A DNA stretch of 64,000 nt from a virus (lineage: Duplodnaviria > Caudoviricetes), in the IMG/VR virus record IMGVR_UViG_2617271113_000004, positions 127,053 to 191,052 of that record, one strand, 5' to 3'. This document shows, piece by piece, positions 46,798 through 56,431 of this stretch. The notes below the pieces were generated by a model. It had not been told where the DNA came from. It saw nothing but the letters and a program-made list of their open reading frames with translations, and made no database searches. Position 1 is the stretch's first letter. Each line of letters begins with the position of its first letter. The position numbers and the translations under genes are program-made.

Positions 46798-47427
46798 GTG
46801 AAATTAAATAAATTATTCTCAGTTCAAAAAGAATACAATGATCAAGTAAAAAAAGAGCATAGCCTACAAAATCAGAACTTATTGTCACAAGAAATTTTAG
46901 CATTACAGGTTAAGGTGGGGCAATCCGCTAATGAATGGCGTGGGTTTAAGTTTTGGAGTGAGGATAGGGCGCCAAGAACGGAATACATTTGTAAGGTATG
47001 TGAAGGTAGTGAAGAAATATCAAGAGAAACAGCAATCGGTCACCCCGAAGATGGTTATGATGTTTTCGAAGTGGATGTGAATTGTCCATTATGTGAGGAT
47101 GTTGAAAAAGATAAAAACCCACTACTAGAAGAATACGTAGACTGCCTAAGTTTTATTTTGAGTATTGGGTTATACGATCCCCGTTATAAAAGAGCAGATA
47201 TCACACCTAGAAAAATGGATAGTGTATTGGATCAGTTTATATATATAGGCAATAAAATAGGGGATTTTGCTTGTTATAGAACTAGAGGCAACTATCAGCA
47301 ATTGATTAATTACTTCCTTGGTTTGGGTAGAATGTTACAATTCACAGACGATCAAATTGAAGAAGCTTATTTGTGTAAATTTGATACAAAAAATCATAAA
47401 AGCAATGCTGAGTTAAAAAATATATAA
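46798..47427 (+). CDS. dimeric dUTPase-like protein with CxxC insertion
   Basis: LALQV, ANEWR.FK.WS, LEEYVDCL.F.LSIG. Confidence 0.8.
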   Translation: MKLNKLFSVQKEYNDQVKKEHSLQNQNLLSQEILALQVKVGQSANEWRGFKFWSEDRAPRTEYICKVCEGSEEISRETAIGHPEDGYDVFEVDVNCPLCEDVEKDKNPLLEEYVDCLSFILSIGLYDPRYKRADITPRKMDSVLDQFIYIGNKIGDFACYRTRGNYQQLINYFLGLGRMLQFTDDQIEEAYLCKFDTKNHKSNAELKNI

Positions 47428-47438
47428 GGAGGTAGAGT

Positions 47439-50400
47439 ATGGCTACATTTCATTCAGATGAGATATATAAGCTTGAAGTTTATAATGGAAGAGCTGGCGG
47501 AGACAGAGACGTATTTGTTGATCTATTAATAACTTCACAGGCTAGAAGTAAAGAAATTTACTTAGCAAGTATTAGTGGATCTGATAATGATGTGAAGCAA
47601 GTCTCTTGGCTGTTCCAAGAAGGCAAGAAAACTGGTCGTTTTAGAAGAGCAGAAGGTAATGTGTTTGAAGATGATCATATAAAAAGGAATATTTTCACAC
47701 ATGCAAAGAAGAATCAGTACACAGAACATAAAACAAAGCTTGGTGATGTATCACAAACACTATTAGTTTCAAAAAGCATCAATCCTAAAACGAAAGAAAG
47801 ACAAGATTGGCAAATGGATGAGGATAGACGTAATCCTACTATTAATAGAATGATTCCTGATGATTTAGCTGAATTAGTCATAGCCTGGGATGGTGATGTT
47901 GAAACACAGATATATAAGGTTTTAAATGATCGTTATGGAACGCCAATGATTGAAGAATGGAAAGACTTTATTGTTGAATCATTGATTGATGAAGGGTATT
48001 ACAAACCATTGGAAGTTTATACATTTGGTATAGAGAACCCTGTTGAAGCTGGATTAATTAAAGTAACCGAGAGGCAATTAGAGAGTATTATCTCAGAAGG
48101 AATTACATCATATGAGTTAGATTTTGCTTTATTAGAAGACCCCACACAGGAAGATGTTTTGTCCGGTTTAAATTCAATTGATGATTATTTAAGTCACTTT
48201 GCTGGAGATCTGGCAGAATGCATTCAAGAAAATATTGAATTGCGTTTCGATCCTAAGAAAGATAAGCACCATCCAGCATTCAAAGATGTAAACCTGACTG
48301 CTAATGAGCATGGACTGACAGGCTTGTTTCCACCACAAGCTGACACTGTTATGGGAGTAGCAAATACACTTAAAGAAGATAATTATGCTTTTGTCATAGG
48401 TGAAATGGGTGCGGGAAAAACTCCAATAGGAATGGTTTCCCCTTATTTAGCACAAGCTGTATCTAGTCGTGACGGGAGCGTTAAACCGTATCGCTCATTA
48501 GTCTTTTCTCCTAGCATTATGGTTGAGAAGTGGAAGCGAGAGATTAAAGAACGTATTCCTAATTGTGAAGTACACGAAATCTCCCATTGGCAAGATGTAT
48601 TACAGCTAAAGAATAAGCCTTATCGACCAACTAAAATTGAATATTATGTAATGAACAGCGATTTACCGAAATACACGTATCCAATGGAACCAGTTAAGGA
48701 TTGGCGCTACTCAAATGAAGATGCAAAGGCATATTGGTCAAGATATAAAGAAGATATGCACTTAAATGGGCAAACAAAAATGAACCGCCCTAAATTACGT
48801 TTTAAGAAAGATATTATTCATAATTATGTAACTGGTCATGATACAGCGACTTATAAATCGACTGAAACAGCCTTTCATTGCCCTAAATGTGGTGGAAAAC
48901 TAGAAGAAAAGAAGGACACTTCAGCAGGACCTCATTTCTTTGAACAACGTACTGGTCGTAAATGGGCAACAAAGATTAAGAAAGATACTAATTATGTTTG
49001 TAAAAACACCGTTCAAACAAAGTACTTACCTAAAGAAGAGATAATTGATCCAAGTAAACGGGAACAAGAATGTGGTTTTGTATTATGGCAGCCAGAAAAG
49101 CTAGAGGCCGGTTCAAAGAAAAGAAAGGTTTCTCCAGCTTGGGCAATTAATAAGTTCTTACGTAGAGGCTTCTTTAAATATCTTATTGCGGATGAAGTTC
49201 ATGAGTATAAATCTGGTGACTCTACAACTGCTCAAGCTTTTGGACAACTCATTAATCATACCGAGAAACAGATATTGCTAACTGGTACATTAATGGGTGG
49301 AATGGCTAGCGACATATTCTACTTACTTGCACGTCTAGATCCAAAGCGTTTATTGAAAGAAAGTATCACTTACAAAGACGAAGCTTTATTTACACAACGT
49401 TATGGTGTATTTGAAAAGAAATCAAAGAATCGTGAAAATGGCAGAAGACAAACCAGTTCTAATAAGAAGCCAGGGATATCACCACACTTATTTCCTGTTT
49501 ATCTTATGAGAAACTGTGCCTTCTTAGAATTAAGCGACTTAGGTTATGCATTACCTCCTTATCAGGAGATTCCAGTATTTGTTGAAATGCATCCTCAGCA
49601 AGCAAGACATTACAAGAAATTAGAAGAAGAATTAGGAAATCAGATGAGAAGTAATGCGTTCTTGGGTGGAATGAAATATGTTTCAACATACATTAATACC
49701 ATGAATCAGTATTCAGATCTTCCTTTCAACTTTAATGATATTAATAGCTATGATGAAAATGGAAATTCAGTTACTTTAGCTACACCTTATTCATTTAATC
49801 CTGATGAGTTTAACCCACCTAAGTTTGATCGAATGCTAATGGATATAGATGAAGAATTATTTAATCAAGAAAAGAAGAGAAAGTGCCTTATCTATGTAAA
49901 ATATACTGGCTCTAACTCATATAATCAAGCGGATACGTATCTTTACAATAAGTTAAAACATCTTGGATACAACGTTGGTATACTTCGCTCATCAGGTTCC
50001 TATGACGGGATTAAAATGCCAAAGCGATCTAAAGATCGAGAGCAATGGCTAAAAGACCAGATGAAACAACATGATTGGGATATTCTTATTACAAATCCGA
50101 AACTAGTTAAGGTTGGTTTAGACTTATTGGATTTCCCTAATATTATGTATTATCAAATGGATTACAGTACCTATGATTACATGCAGTCATCAAGAAGATC
50201 TTGGAGGATTAAACAAACGGAAGATGTGAAAGTATTTACGTATTCTTACCGTAATTCTATTCAAGATCAAGTACTTGAGCATGTTGCAACAAAAATAGAT
50301 GCAGCAATGGCAATGCAAGGGAAGTTCAGTGAAGAAGGTCTACGTTCAATGGCTGATTCTAATGATGGTGTTCATTCTCTAGCTAAGAAATTGTTGGATG

Positions 50401-50738
50401 AAGGAACGCTAGATAACGTTGAAACTATTCATGAACGATTCCAACGACTTAATCAATCATACGAAGAACTTCAAACTGCAAATTATGAAGATTACGACCA
50501 TTATGAAGTGAATCCAATTGAAGGCGGTATGGAAACCGTTAAGCAAATTGCTCAAGGTCTGATTAAAGAATTCGAAGAAAAGGTTTCTTCTGGCACTGCT
50601 ACAGTAGAAGATCTAGCTGCATATATGGAGAAATTCGATGAAATGATGCAAGTTGTAGATGATGCAAAAGCTTATAATAAAGGTAAAAAGAAGAAAGAAA
50701 AAGTAGTAGAAGGACAAGTAGCCCTAGCATTGTTCTAG
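47439..50738 (+). CDS. large SNF2-related helicase (DUF6094-associated type)
   Basis: GEMGAGKT, IADEVH, LTGT, GLDL, QSSRRSWRI; internal CPKC. Confidence 0.88.
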   Translation: MATFHSDEIYKLEVYNGRAGGDRDVFVDLLITSQARSKEIYLASISGSDNDVKQVSWLFQEGKKTGRFRRAEGNVFEDDHIKRNIFTHAKKNQYTEHKTKLGDVSQTLLVSKSINPKTKERQDWQMDEDRRNPTINRMIPDDLAELVIAWDGDVETQIYKVLNDRYGTPMIEEWKDFIVESLIDEGYYKPLEVYTFGIENPVEAGLIKVTERQLESIISEGITSYELDFALLEDPTQEDVLSGLNSIDDYLSHFAGDLAECIQENIELRFDPKKDKHHPAFKDVNLTANEHGLTGLFPPQADTVMGVANTLKEDNYAFVIGEMGAGKTPIGMVSPYLAQAVSSRDGSVKPYRSLVFSPSIMVEKWKREIKERIPNCEVHEISHWQDVLQLKNKPYRPTKIEYYVMNSDLPKYTYPMEPVKDWRYSNEDAKAYWSRYKEDMHLNGQTKMNRPKLRFKKDIIHNYVTGHDTATYKSTETAFHCPKCGGKLEEKKDTSAGPHFFEQRTGRKWATKIKKDTNYVCKNTVQTKYLPKEEIIDPSKREQECGFVLWQPEKLEAGSKKRKVSPAWAINKFLRRGFFKYLIADEVHEYKSGDSTTAQAFGQLINHTEKQILLTGTLMGGMASDIFYLLARLDPKRLLKESITYKDEALFTQRYGVFEKKSKNRENGRRQTSSNKKPGISPHLFPVYLMRNCAFLELSDLGYALPPYQEIPVFVEMHPQQARHYKKLEEELGNQMRSNAFLGGMKYVSTYINTMNQYSDLPFNFNDINSYDENGNSVTLATPYSFNPDEFNPPKFDRMLMDIDEELFNQEKKRKCLIYVKYTGSNSYNQADTYLYNKLKHLGYNVGILRSSGSYDGIKMPKRSKDREQWLKDQMKQHDWDILITNPKLVKVGLDLLDFPNIMYYQMDYSTYDYMQSSRRSWRIKQTEDVKVFTYSYRNSIQDQVLEHVATKIDAAMAMQGKFSEEGLRSMADSNDGVHSLAKKLLDEGTLDNVETIHERFQRLNQSYEELQTANYEDYDHYEVNPIEGGMETVKQIAQGLIKEFEEKVSSGTATVEDLAAYMEKFDEMMQVVDDAKAYNKGKKKKEKVVEGQVALALF

Positions 50739-50768
50739 GGTTACTTCCTAAAAACTACTATATAGGAG

Positions 50769-50966
50769 GTGTGGAAGATGATAAGCATTTCACTAAAAGA
50801 AGTTCTTAATATTATTTTTATGGTATTTATTATATATATAGTTATTTGCATTTTATGGCAAAACGCAGAATTATTGATATATGGTGAAAGAACTTATAGA
50901 GTTCTTGATGATATAGTTGCTTTAATACTATCTTTTTCATTAACCTTTAATTTTTTTGATTTATAA
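50769..50966 (+). CDS. small membrane protein
   Basis: two hydrophobic segments, AGGAGG RBS. Confidence 0.6.
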   Translation: MWKMISISLKEVLNIIFMVFIIYIVICILWQNAELLIYGERTYRVLDDIVALILSFSLTFNFFDL

Positions 50967-50977
50967 AGGAGTTTATT

Positions 50978-51247
50978 ATGAAACAAATTACAGAATGTTT
51001 GGATCGAGCATTCCAGAATAAACGACCACTAAAAAAGAAATGGGTAGCATTTTTGGAATGGCAGCAAGATGTTCAGCGACCATATTTGTATCTTTATCAT
51101 TATCATCATTTAATATTAATTTATGACCCAATTAGTTACTACTCGCTGTATGAATGGCATGAAAAGAAATCTGACTATAGAGGTTTATTAGCTGCCAAGA
51201 AATATTTGAATGAGAGGCATTACAATGACAAAGTCCCAAGTAAATAA
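50978..51247 (+). CDS. hypothetical protein
   Basis: AAGGAG RBS. Confidence 0.6.
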   Translation: MKQITECLDRAFQNKRPLKKKWVAFLEWQQDVQRPYLYLYHYHHLILIYDPISYYSLYEWHEKKSDYRGLLAAKKYLNERHYNDKVPSK

Positions 51248-51491
51248 AAATGTAACGAATATGTCTAATTATGAGCTGCTTAATTTTGGCTCTGAAATAA
51301 GTTCTTACAATGAGCTTATTCAAAATGAGTGGTTTAAACGACATCAAATGAATTTCCCTTATATGTTGGACGTTGATAATCGTATCGTACACGGTGTTAT
51401 TAAAGAGGTAATTCCAGATGAAAATTGCGATAGATTGATTTTAGAACAAGCTAATAAAATTAGGAGTGATAAGTATGACAACAGCTGTTGA
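51210..51491 (+). CDS. hypothetical protein
   Basis: overlapping ORF in operon. Confidence 0.5.
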   Translation: MRGITMTKSQVNKNVTNMSNYELLNFGSEISSYNELIQNEWFKRHQMNFPYMLDVDNRIVHGVIKEVIPDENCDRLILEQANKIRSDKYDNSC

Positions 51492-52746
51492 AGAAATAGT
51501 TGAGCTAAACAATGAAGTAGAAGAAAGTTTACAAACTCATGTTGAGGTTCAAATTAAAAAAGATGTAATGCAAAACATCATTAAACGTGTAGAACGCTCT
51601 AAAGAAAAGAAAGGTGTAGTGCCTATAAAGCAGGGGATATATCTTCACTTTGGAGAAGATCAAATTACAGCACGTGCTCTAAATAATGATTATTCAACTC
51701 AAGTAATTGTTAAAAAAACAAAAGATAACTATACATTTTTAGAGGGAGCTTCTGGTGGTGCCGTATTCATGGATCCCAAACTGTCATCTATGGTAAATAG
51801 CATGCCGAGAAAAAACATTAAACTATCGATTCATGCAAGTAATGCTGTAATAAGTGCTGGGCGTACATCCTTTGAACTTAAAACATTGGATTCTCTTGAA
51901 TTCCCACAATTCATGGACAATATTGAAGGTCCAGAAGTCAAACTACATTCTGATGTATTAAAACGTATGTATGTTAAAACCACTTTTGCTGCATCAACCT
52001 TAGAAACTAGACCAGCATTAACAGGTGTGCAACATAAAGTTAAAGATAAACGATTTTCCCTAGCAGCTACCGATTCTTATCGTTTAGCGACAATTACCCA
52101 AGAGCTAGACGAAGAAGTTGAAGAAATTAATACCGTTATTCCTGCTCCAGCTTTAAGTGAAATTCAGAAGCAATTAGATGACAGTGTATCTCAAGTTTCC
52201 ATTCGTTTCTCTAAATCATCAGTAGCTTATTCATTTGATAATGGTACTACAATCATATCTCGTGTGATCGATAGTCCTTATCCGGATATCTCAAAACTAA
52301 TACCAGATCAATTTACAACTGAAATTCAATTTAGAGTAGATGAAATTCGAGAACTTGTAAAACGTGCAATGCTTGTTGATCAAGAAAATTCTGTGCAGCT
52401 TCTTGTTAAGGCAGAAGCTCTACAAGCACGTTTCATCTCTAGAGAGTCAGAGAAAGCTGGTTTTGTAGAGGATATATCACCAACTGAAGGGGAAGGAAAG
52501 GATGTAAAGTTAGGTCTTAATATTCGGTATTTGTTAGATACTTTAAATCATCATTCACCTAATTCCCTTATCAAAATGCAATTTGTAAGCAATTCAAGAC
52601 CAATTATCATACGTCTAGTTGATGGTGATCAAGACAATTTAGATTTAGTACTTCCAGTAAAGTTAGCTGGTAACGATAATCCAGAAGATGTTGTAATTGA
52701 GGATTTTCGAGGGGATATTCAAATCAAAATAGAGGATGGAGAATAG
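51466..52746 (+). CDS. dnaN: DNA polymerase III beta clamp
   Basis: EFP, FAAS..ETRP.LTGV, ATDS.RLA, SR.ID..YPD...LIP, N..YLLD.L, LVLPV. Confidence 0.93.
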   Translation: MISMTTAVEEIVELNNEVEESLQTHVEVQIKKDVMQNIIKRVERSKEKKGVVPIKQGIYLHFGEDQITARALNNDYSTQVIVKKTKDNYTFLEGASGGAVFMDPKLSSMVNSMPRKNIKLSIHASNAVISAGRTSFELKTLDSLEFPQFMDNIEGPEVKLHSDVLKRMYVKTTFAASTLETRPALTGVQHKVKDKRFSLAATDSYRLATITQELDEEVEEINTVIPAPALSEIQKQLDDSVSQVSIRFSKSSVAYSFDNGTTIISRVIDSPYPDISKLIPDQFTTEIQFRVDEIRELVKRAMLVDQENSVQLLVKAEALQARFISRESEKAGFVEDISPTEGEGKDVKLGLNIRYLLDTLNHHSPNSLIKMQFVSNSRPIIIRLVDGDQDNLDLVLPVKLAGNDNPEDVVIEDFRGDIQIKIEDGE

Positions 52747-52750
52747 TCAC

Positions 52751-52785
52751 ATAGTGAAACGTGTGATTTATGCACGTTTCACTAT
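52751..52785. terminator. long hairpin after dnaN
   Basis: ATAGTGAAACGTGT...GCACGTTTCACTAT. Confidence 0.6.
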
Positions 52786-52806
52786 ATATTGATGGGAGTG
52801 AATTAA

Positions 52807-53247
52807 GTGAACATTAATCCTGAAATCGACTGGAATTCCGAGGAATTAAAATGTGTTTGTGGAACTATAATTGATGTTTCAAATATAATTGATGAGTGTT
52901 CAGAGCGATTAGATACATTTAATCCTATTTCTTCTTTAAATAAAGAAGTGATTTGCAGTTGTGGAAGATCATATAACGTAGATTTAAGACTAAAGATTAA
53001 CATTGATGTTGAATCATCCGTTAGTTTAACTCATGATATCCAATATTATGATAAAAATGACAAAGTAATAATGCCAGGATTTTTTGAAGAGTTGCAATGT
53101 GAAGATGAAGTTAATCTTTGGGACGGAGAATACATCTATGATAATAAAGTGTATCGAGTAGTAGATGGCAAGGTATTTTATATATTGTCTGCTGAAACAG
53201 ATGAGAACCAAATGAATATATTTCAGTTGGAAGAGGTGCCTGTATAA
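52807..53247 (+). CDS. hypothetical zinc-binding protein
   Basis: CVCG, CSCG; C-terminal QMNIF. Confidence 0.65.
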   Translation: MNINPEIDWNSEELKCVCGTIIDVSNIIDECSERLDTFNPISSLNKEVICSCGRSYNVDLRLKINIDVESSVSLTHDIQYYDKNDKVIMPGFFEELQCEDEVNLWDGEYIYDNKVYRVVDGKVFYILSAETDENQMNIFQLEEVPV

Positions 53248-53474
53248 TGGGCATGACAATTGATAAAGCTATCTTTATTACAAACGTGTTTGCTGATTTT
53301 CATCCAAAATTACACACAGAACTTTGGCAGCAATTTGAACACGAGGTAAGCAAAAAAGAGAGATCTGGTATCTATGGAGTAGAAAATATGGCATATATTA
53401 GCTGGCTTAAAAAGAAAGAAAACCCAGAGTTTTTATCCTTTATGCATAAGCAAATAAATGTAAAATCATTTTAA
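53247..53474 (+). CDS. hypothetical protein
   Basis: coupled ORF. Confidence 0.6.
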   Translation: MGMTIDKAIFITNVFADFHPKLHTELWQQFEHEVSKKERSGIYGVENMAYISWLKKKENPEFLSFMHKQINVKSF

Positions 53475-53482
53475 GCAAGGGT

Positions 53483-53815
53483 GTGTTCCTACTGAAATCG
53501 AAAAAATTATCTTATCTAACTGAAATGGCAATGGAAATGATCATCGAGAGAGTAGAACAAAATATGCATAACAAATATGAAGAACATAACTTTATTATAG
53601 ACATCCCTTATGAGTTTGAACAAATTAAAGATGAGTTTGTGTCTGTTTATTTGTTCGATCTAAACGTTGAAGAGTTAGGCTATGCAAATCAAGAACTTCT
53701 TATAGAGGACATACTTGATAATATTAATGAAGAACATACTAAATTTAAGATGCTTCAAACCTCCATTTATAATTATGCTGAAGAGATGGACCTTTATAGG
53801 CGTAAAGGGTATTAA
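53483..53815 (+). CDS. hypothetical protein
   Basis: acidic 110-aa ORF. Confidence 0.55.
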   Translation: MFLLKSKKLSYLTEMAMEMIIERVEQNMHNKYEEHNFIIDIPYEFEQIKDEFVSVYLFDLNVEELGYANQELLIEDILDNINEEHTKFKMLQTSIYNYAEEMDLYRRKGY

Positions 53816-53929
53816 TTGCTTTTCGATCATTAAGGTTTTAAAATTTAATTATTAAGGAATACTTATATTGAGATAGAAATAATTCGACTTAATGTTGAAA
53901 AATTCCTATCTTAAGCATATAATAAAAGT

Positions 53930-54071
53930 AACAACATACAATAATAAAAGACGCTAGTGCTGTAACACTAACGTCTAAGTGGTAGCTATACCGCAAGATA
54001 GATAGCGGTGGCACATGAGAAAGAAAAGTAATCTACTTCCTACATGGGTGTGCAGGGTGGATTACTTTTTT
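53930..54071 (+). ncRNA. putative type I antitoxin sRNA
   Basis: TTGAAA-17-TATAAT at 53895-53923; hairpins; terminator AAAAGTAATCTAC...GTGGATTACTTTTTT overlapping toxin 3' end. Confidence 0.65.
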
Positions 54072-54148
54072 GTGTTTGCATTGATTATCGCTACAATTAA
54101 AGTACCGAACGTGAAAATCACGATTAAATGGTCTGTAGTAATAATCAT
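54062..54148 (-). CDS. putative holin-like type I toxin, 28 aa (not in ORF track)
   Basis: MIITTDHLIVIFTFGTLIVAIINANTKK; AAGGGGGTGA RBS. Confidence 0.8.
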   Translation of the reverse strand: MIITTDHLIVIFTFGTLIVAIINANTKK

Positions 54149-54248
54149 GTGATCACCCCCTTCCCTAGAGAACATGCTCTAGGAGGCGAGTGCCACATAC
54201 CACCCTGCATATATAACTACCTATCAATCATTATAGCATAAATTTCCA

Positions 54249-54292
54249 TTGTATAGAAGTTGTTATTTGGATATAATAAGAACAAACGTTCT
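54249..54292 (+). promoter_or_regulatory. sigma-A promoter with LexA (Cheo) box
   Basis: TTGTAT-17-TATAAT; AGAACAAACGTTCT at 54279-54292. Confidence 0.85.
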
Positions 54293-54300
54293 TATTCGGA

Positions 54301-55557
54301 GTGATTAAAATGGATTATTCAACTTATCCTCGCAACAATATATTGTGCATTGATATGCGTTCTTTCTATGCATCAGTGGAAGCTGTTAAATTAGGTTTAG
54401 ACCCAATGACAACTATGCTTGCAGTAGTTGGTGATCCTAATAGGTCCGGGAGTATAGTGTTAGCTGCGTCTCCAGCATTGAAAAAGAAGCATGGTATAAG
54501 TAATGTTAGTCGTTATTTTGAATTACCGAATGATCCAGAGATACACATAGTTAAGGCTCATATGGCTGATTATATAAATGTTTCAATGAATATAACACGT
54601 TTACTTAATAAATATGCACCACTAGAAGCCATACACCAGTATTCAGTGGATGAAGTATGGGTTACTGTTAATGGTTTAGAAAAGCTATTCGGTACTCCTT
54701 TGGAAATTGCAAACATGATTAAAGAGGATATCTTAGATAACTTTGGTATCACATGTTCAATAGGTATAGGCGATAATAAATTTTTAGCTAAAGTTGTAAT
54801 GGATCTACACGCAAAGAAAGTTGGAATTGCTGAATGTAGGTATGAAGATGTTCAAGACAAATTATGGCCATTCCCGATTGAAGATATCTGGGGGATTGGA
54901 AATAGAATGAAACGCAATTTAAATCGAATGGGTATTGTAACATTAGGTCAGATTGCAAGGTATGATTTAAAAAGTTTAAAAAAAAGATTCGGAGTCATGG
55001 GAGAACAGTTGTATTGGCACTCATGGGGAATTGATTTAAGTCCTGTTATTGGAAACTTTACGCAATCGGAGCAGAAAAGTTTCGGACACGGTATAACTTT
55101 ACTAAGAGATTATTCAGCAAATGAAATAGGTACGGTTATCCTAGATTTATGTGAAGAAGCATGTAGAAGAGCAAGAGAATCGAAAGTAGCAGGCAGAACA
55201 ATACATCTTAGCATTGGATATGCAAGAGAAATTGGTGGAGGTTTTTCAAGATCAATTACTGTTGACTACACAAATGTCACAATAGATATGTATAAAGAGT
55301 GTATGAATTTATTCCATAAGTTTTATGATGGTCATAGCAATATAAGAAGGGTTAGTGTATCTATAACCAACTTAATGTCTGTAGACAGTATTCAATTGAA
55401 TCTATTTGAGGATACTGCTAAGAAAAATGATATCGGTAATGTTATGGATCAGATTCGCAGTAAATATGGATCAACAGCTATATTGAGGGCTAGTAGTTAT
55501 ACAGATGCAGGGATCACTATAGATAGAAGTAAGAAAATAGGTGGTCATTATGCATAA
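54301..55557 (+). CDS. Y-family DNA polymerase (UvrX/YqjW-like)
   Basis: CIDMRSFYASVE, YSVDE, LAK, WGIG, QLNLF, D.IR.KYG. Confidence 0.95.
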   Translation: MIKMDYSTYPRNNILCIDMRSFYASVEAVKLGLDPMTTMLAVVGDPNRSGSIVLAASPALKKKHGISNVSRYFELPNDPEIHIVKAHMADYINVSMNITRLLNKYAPLEAIHQYSVDEVWVTVNGLEKLFGTPLEIANMIKEDILDNFGITCSIGIGDNKFLAKVVMDLHAKKVGIAECRYEDVQDKLWPFPIEDIWGIGNRMKRNLNRMGIVTLGQIARYDLKSLKKRFGVMGEQLYWHSWGIDLSPVIGNFTQSEQKSFGHGITLLRDYSANEIGTVILDLCEEACRRARESKVAGRTIHLSIGYAREIGGGFSRSITVDYTNVTIDMYKECMNLFHKFYDGHSNIRRVSVSITNLMSVDSIQLNLFEDTAKKNDIGNVMDQIRSKYGSTAILRASSYTDAGITIDRSKKIGGHYA

Positions 55558-55562
55558 GTAAG

Positions 55563-55593
55563 AGAACACTCTTTAATTAAGAGTGTTCTTTTT
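55563..55593 (+). terminator. rho-independent terminator
   Basis: AGAACACTCTT-TAATT-AAGAGTGTTCT then T-run. Confidence 0.75.
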
Positions 55594-55747
55594 ATTAGTC
55601 ATATTTTTTTTATTACGACATAATATTTAATAAAGCAAACAAATTTCTTTAAATGAGACTTTAATAAACATTTAGAGACATATAAAACATATAAAACATT
55701 TCGGATCAGCAAATCCCTTGTCACACAAGGAGTTGATATGTCGAAAT

Positions 55748-56354
55748 ATCACAGATTGTGGTTTTAATATCACGGATTGGGTTATTATCATCACAAAAAA
55801 GGTTTTAACTATCACAGATTGAATTCCAATAATCACAGATTGGGTTATAAACTATCACAGAAAAGGTAAAAACCATCACAGATTGGGTGCATCCATCACA
55901 TTTTGTGGGCTTATCTCTTAAATATAGGTAATAAATCCCATTATGAAAGCATTTTATTATCACAGATCGTGGGTAAAGGAGTAAAATCACTTCTCTTTTG
56001 TAGCTAACTATCACACATTGGGTGTTTATCTGTTAAAAATAACCCAATCTGTGATAGTTATTTATTTATCCATCACACATTGTGGGTCAAGAGTAACTCA
56101 ATCTGTGATAGTTTGCCTTAATACATAGAATTTTAACCCAATGTGTGATAGTTAATCTCAAAATTTATCCTCACAAGCACCCGAAGTGTGATATTAACCT
56201 ATAATTATCCATCACAACCCACAATCTGTGATGGTTTCATGTAATTTATCCCTCACATACACCCAAAGTGTGATAGTTAGAGTTGATTTTATTATCACAA
56301 CCCACAAAGTGTGATAGATAGGACGAATTACTATCACAGCCCACAATCTGTGAT
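55748..56354. repeat. iteron-type replication origin
   Basis: ATCACAGATTG(G/T)G repeats at ~21-bp spacing, then inverted and palindromic ATCACA-N10/11-TGTGAT units upstream of rep. Confidence 0.9.
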
Positions 56355-56431
56355 ACTTTGCTGAATCTATTGATAAGCAATTTTTATTATGAAATAATAA
56401 AAACTAATAAAATAAACGGGAACGTGATTAT

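Noticed and set aside
55805-56014. Minus-strand 69-aa ORF
   Set aside because: Lies inside the iteron array; no RBS or family motif
56060-56260. DnaA boxes
   Set aside because: TTATCC is followed by iteron sequence, never TTATCCACA
55748-56354. Repeat cluster as a CRISPR array
   Set aside because: Short degenerate repeats in both orientations, no unique spacers, no cas genes, adjacent to rep
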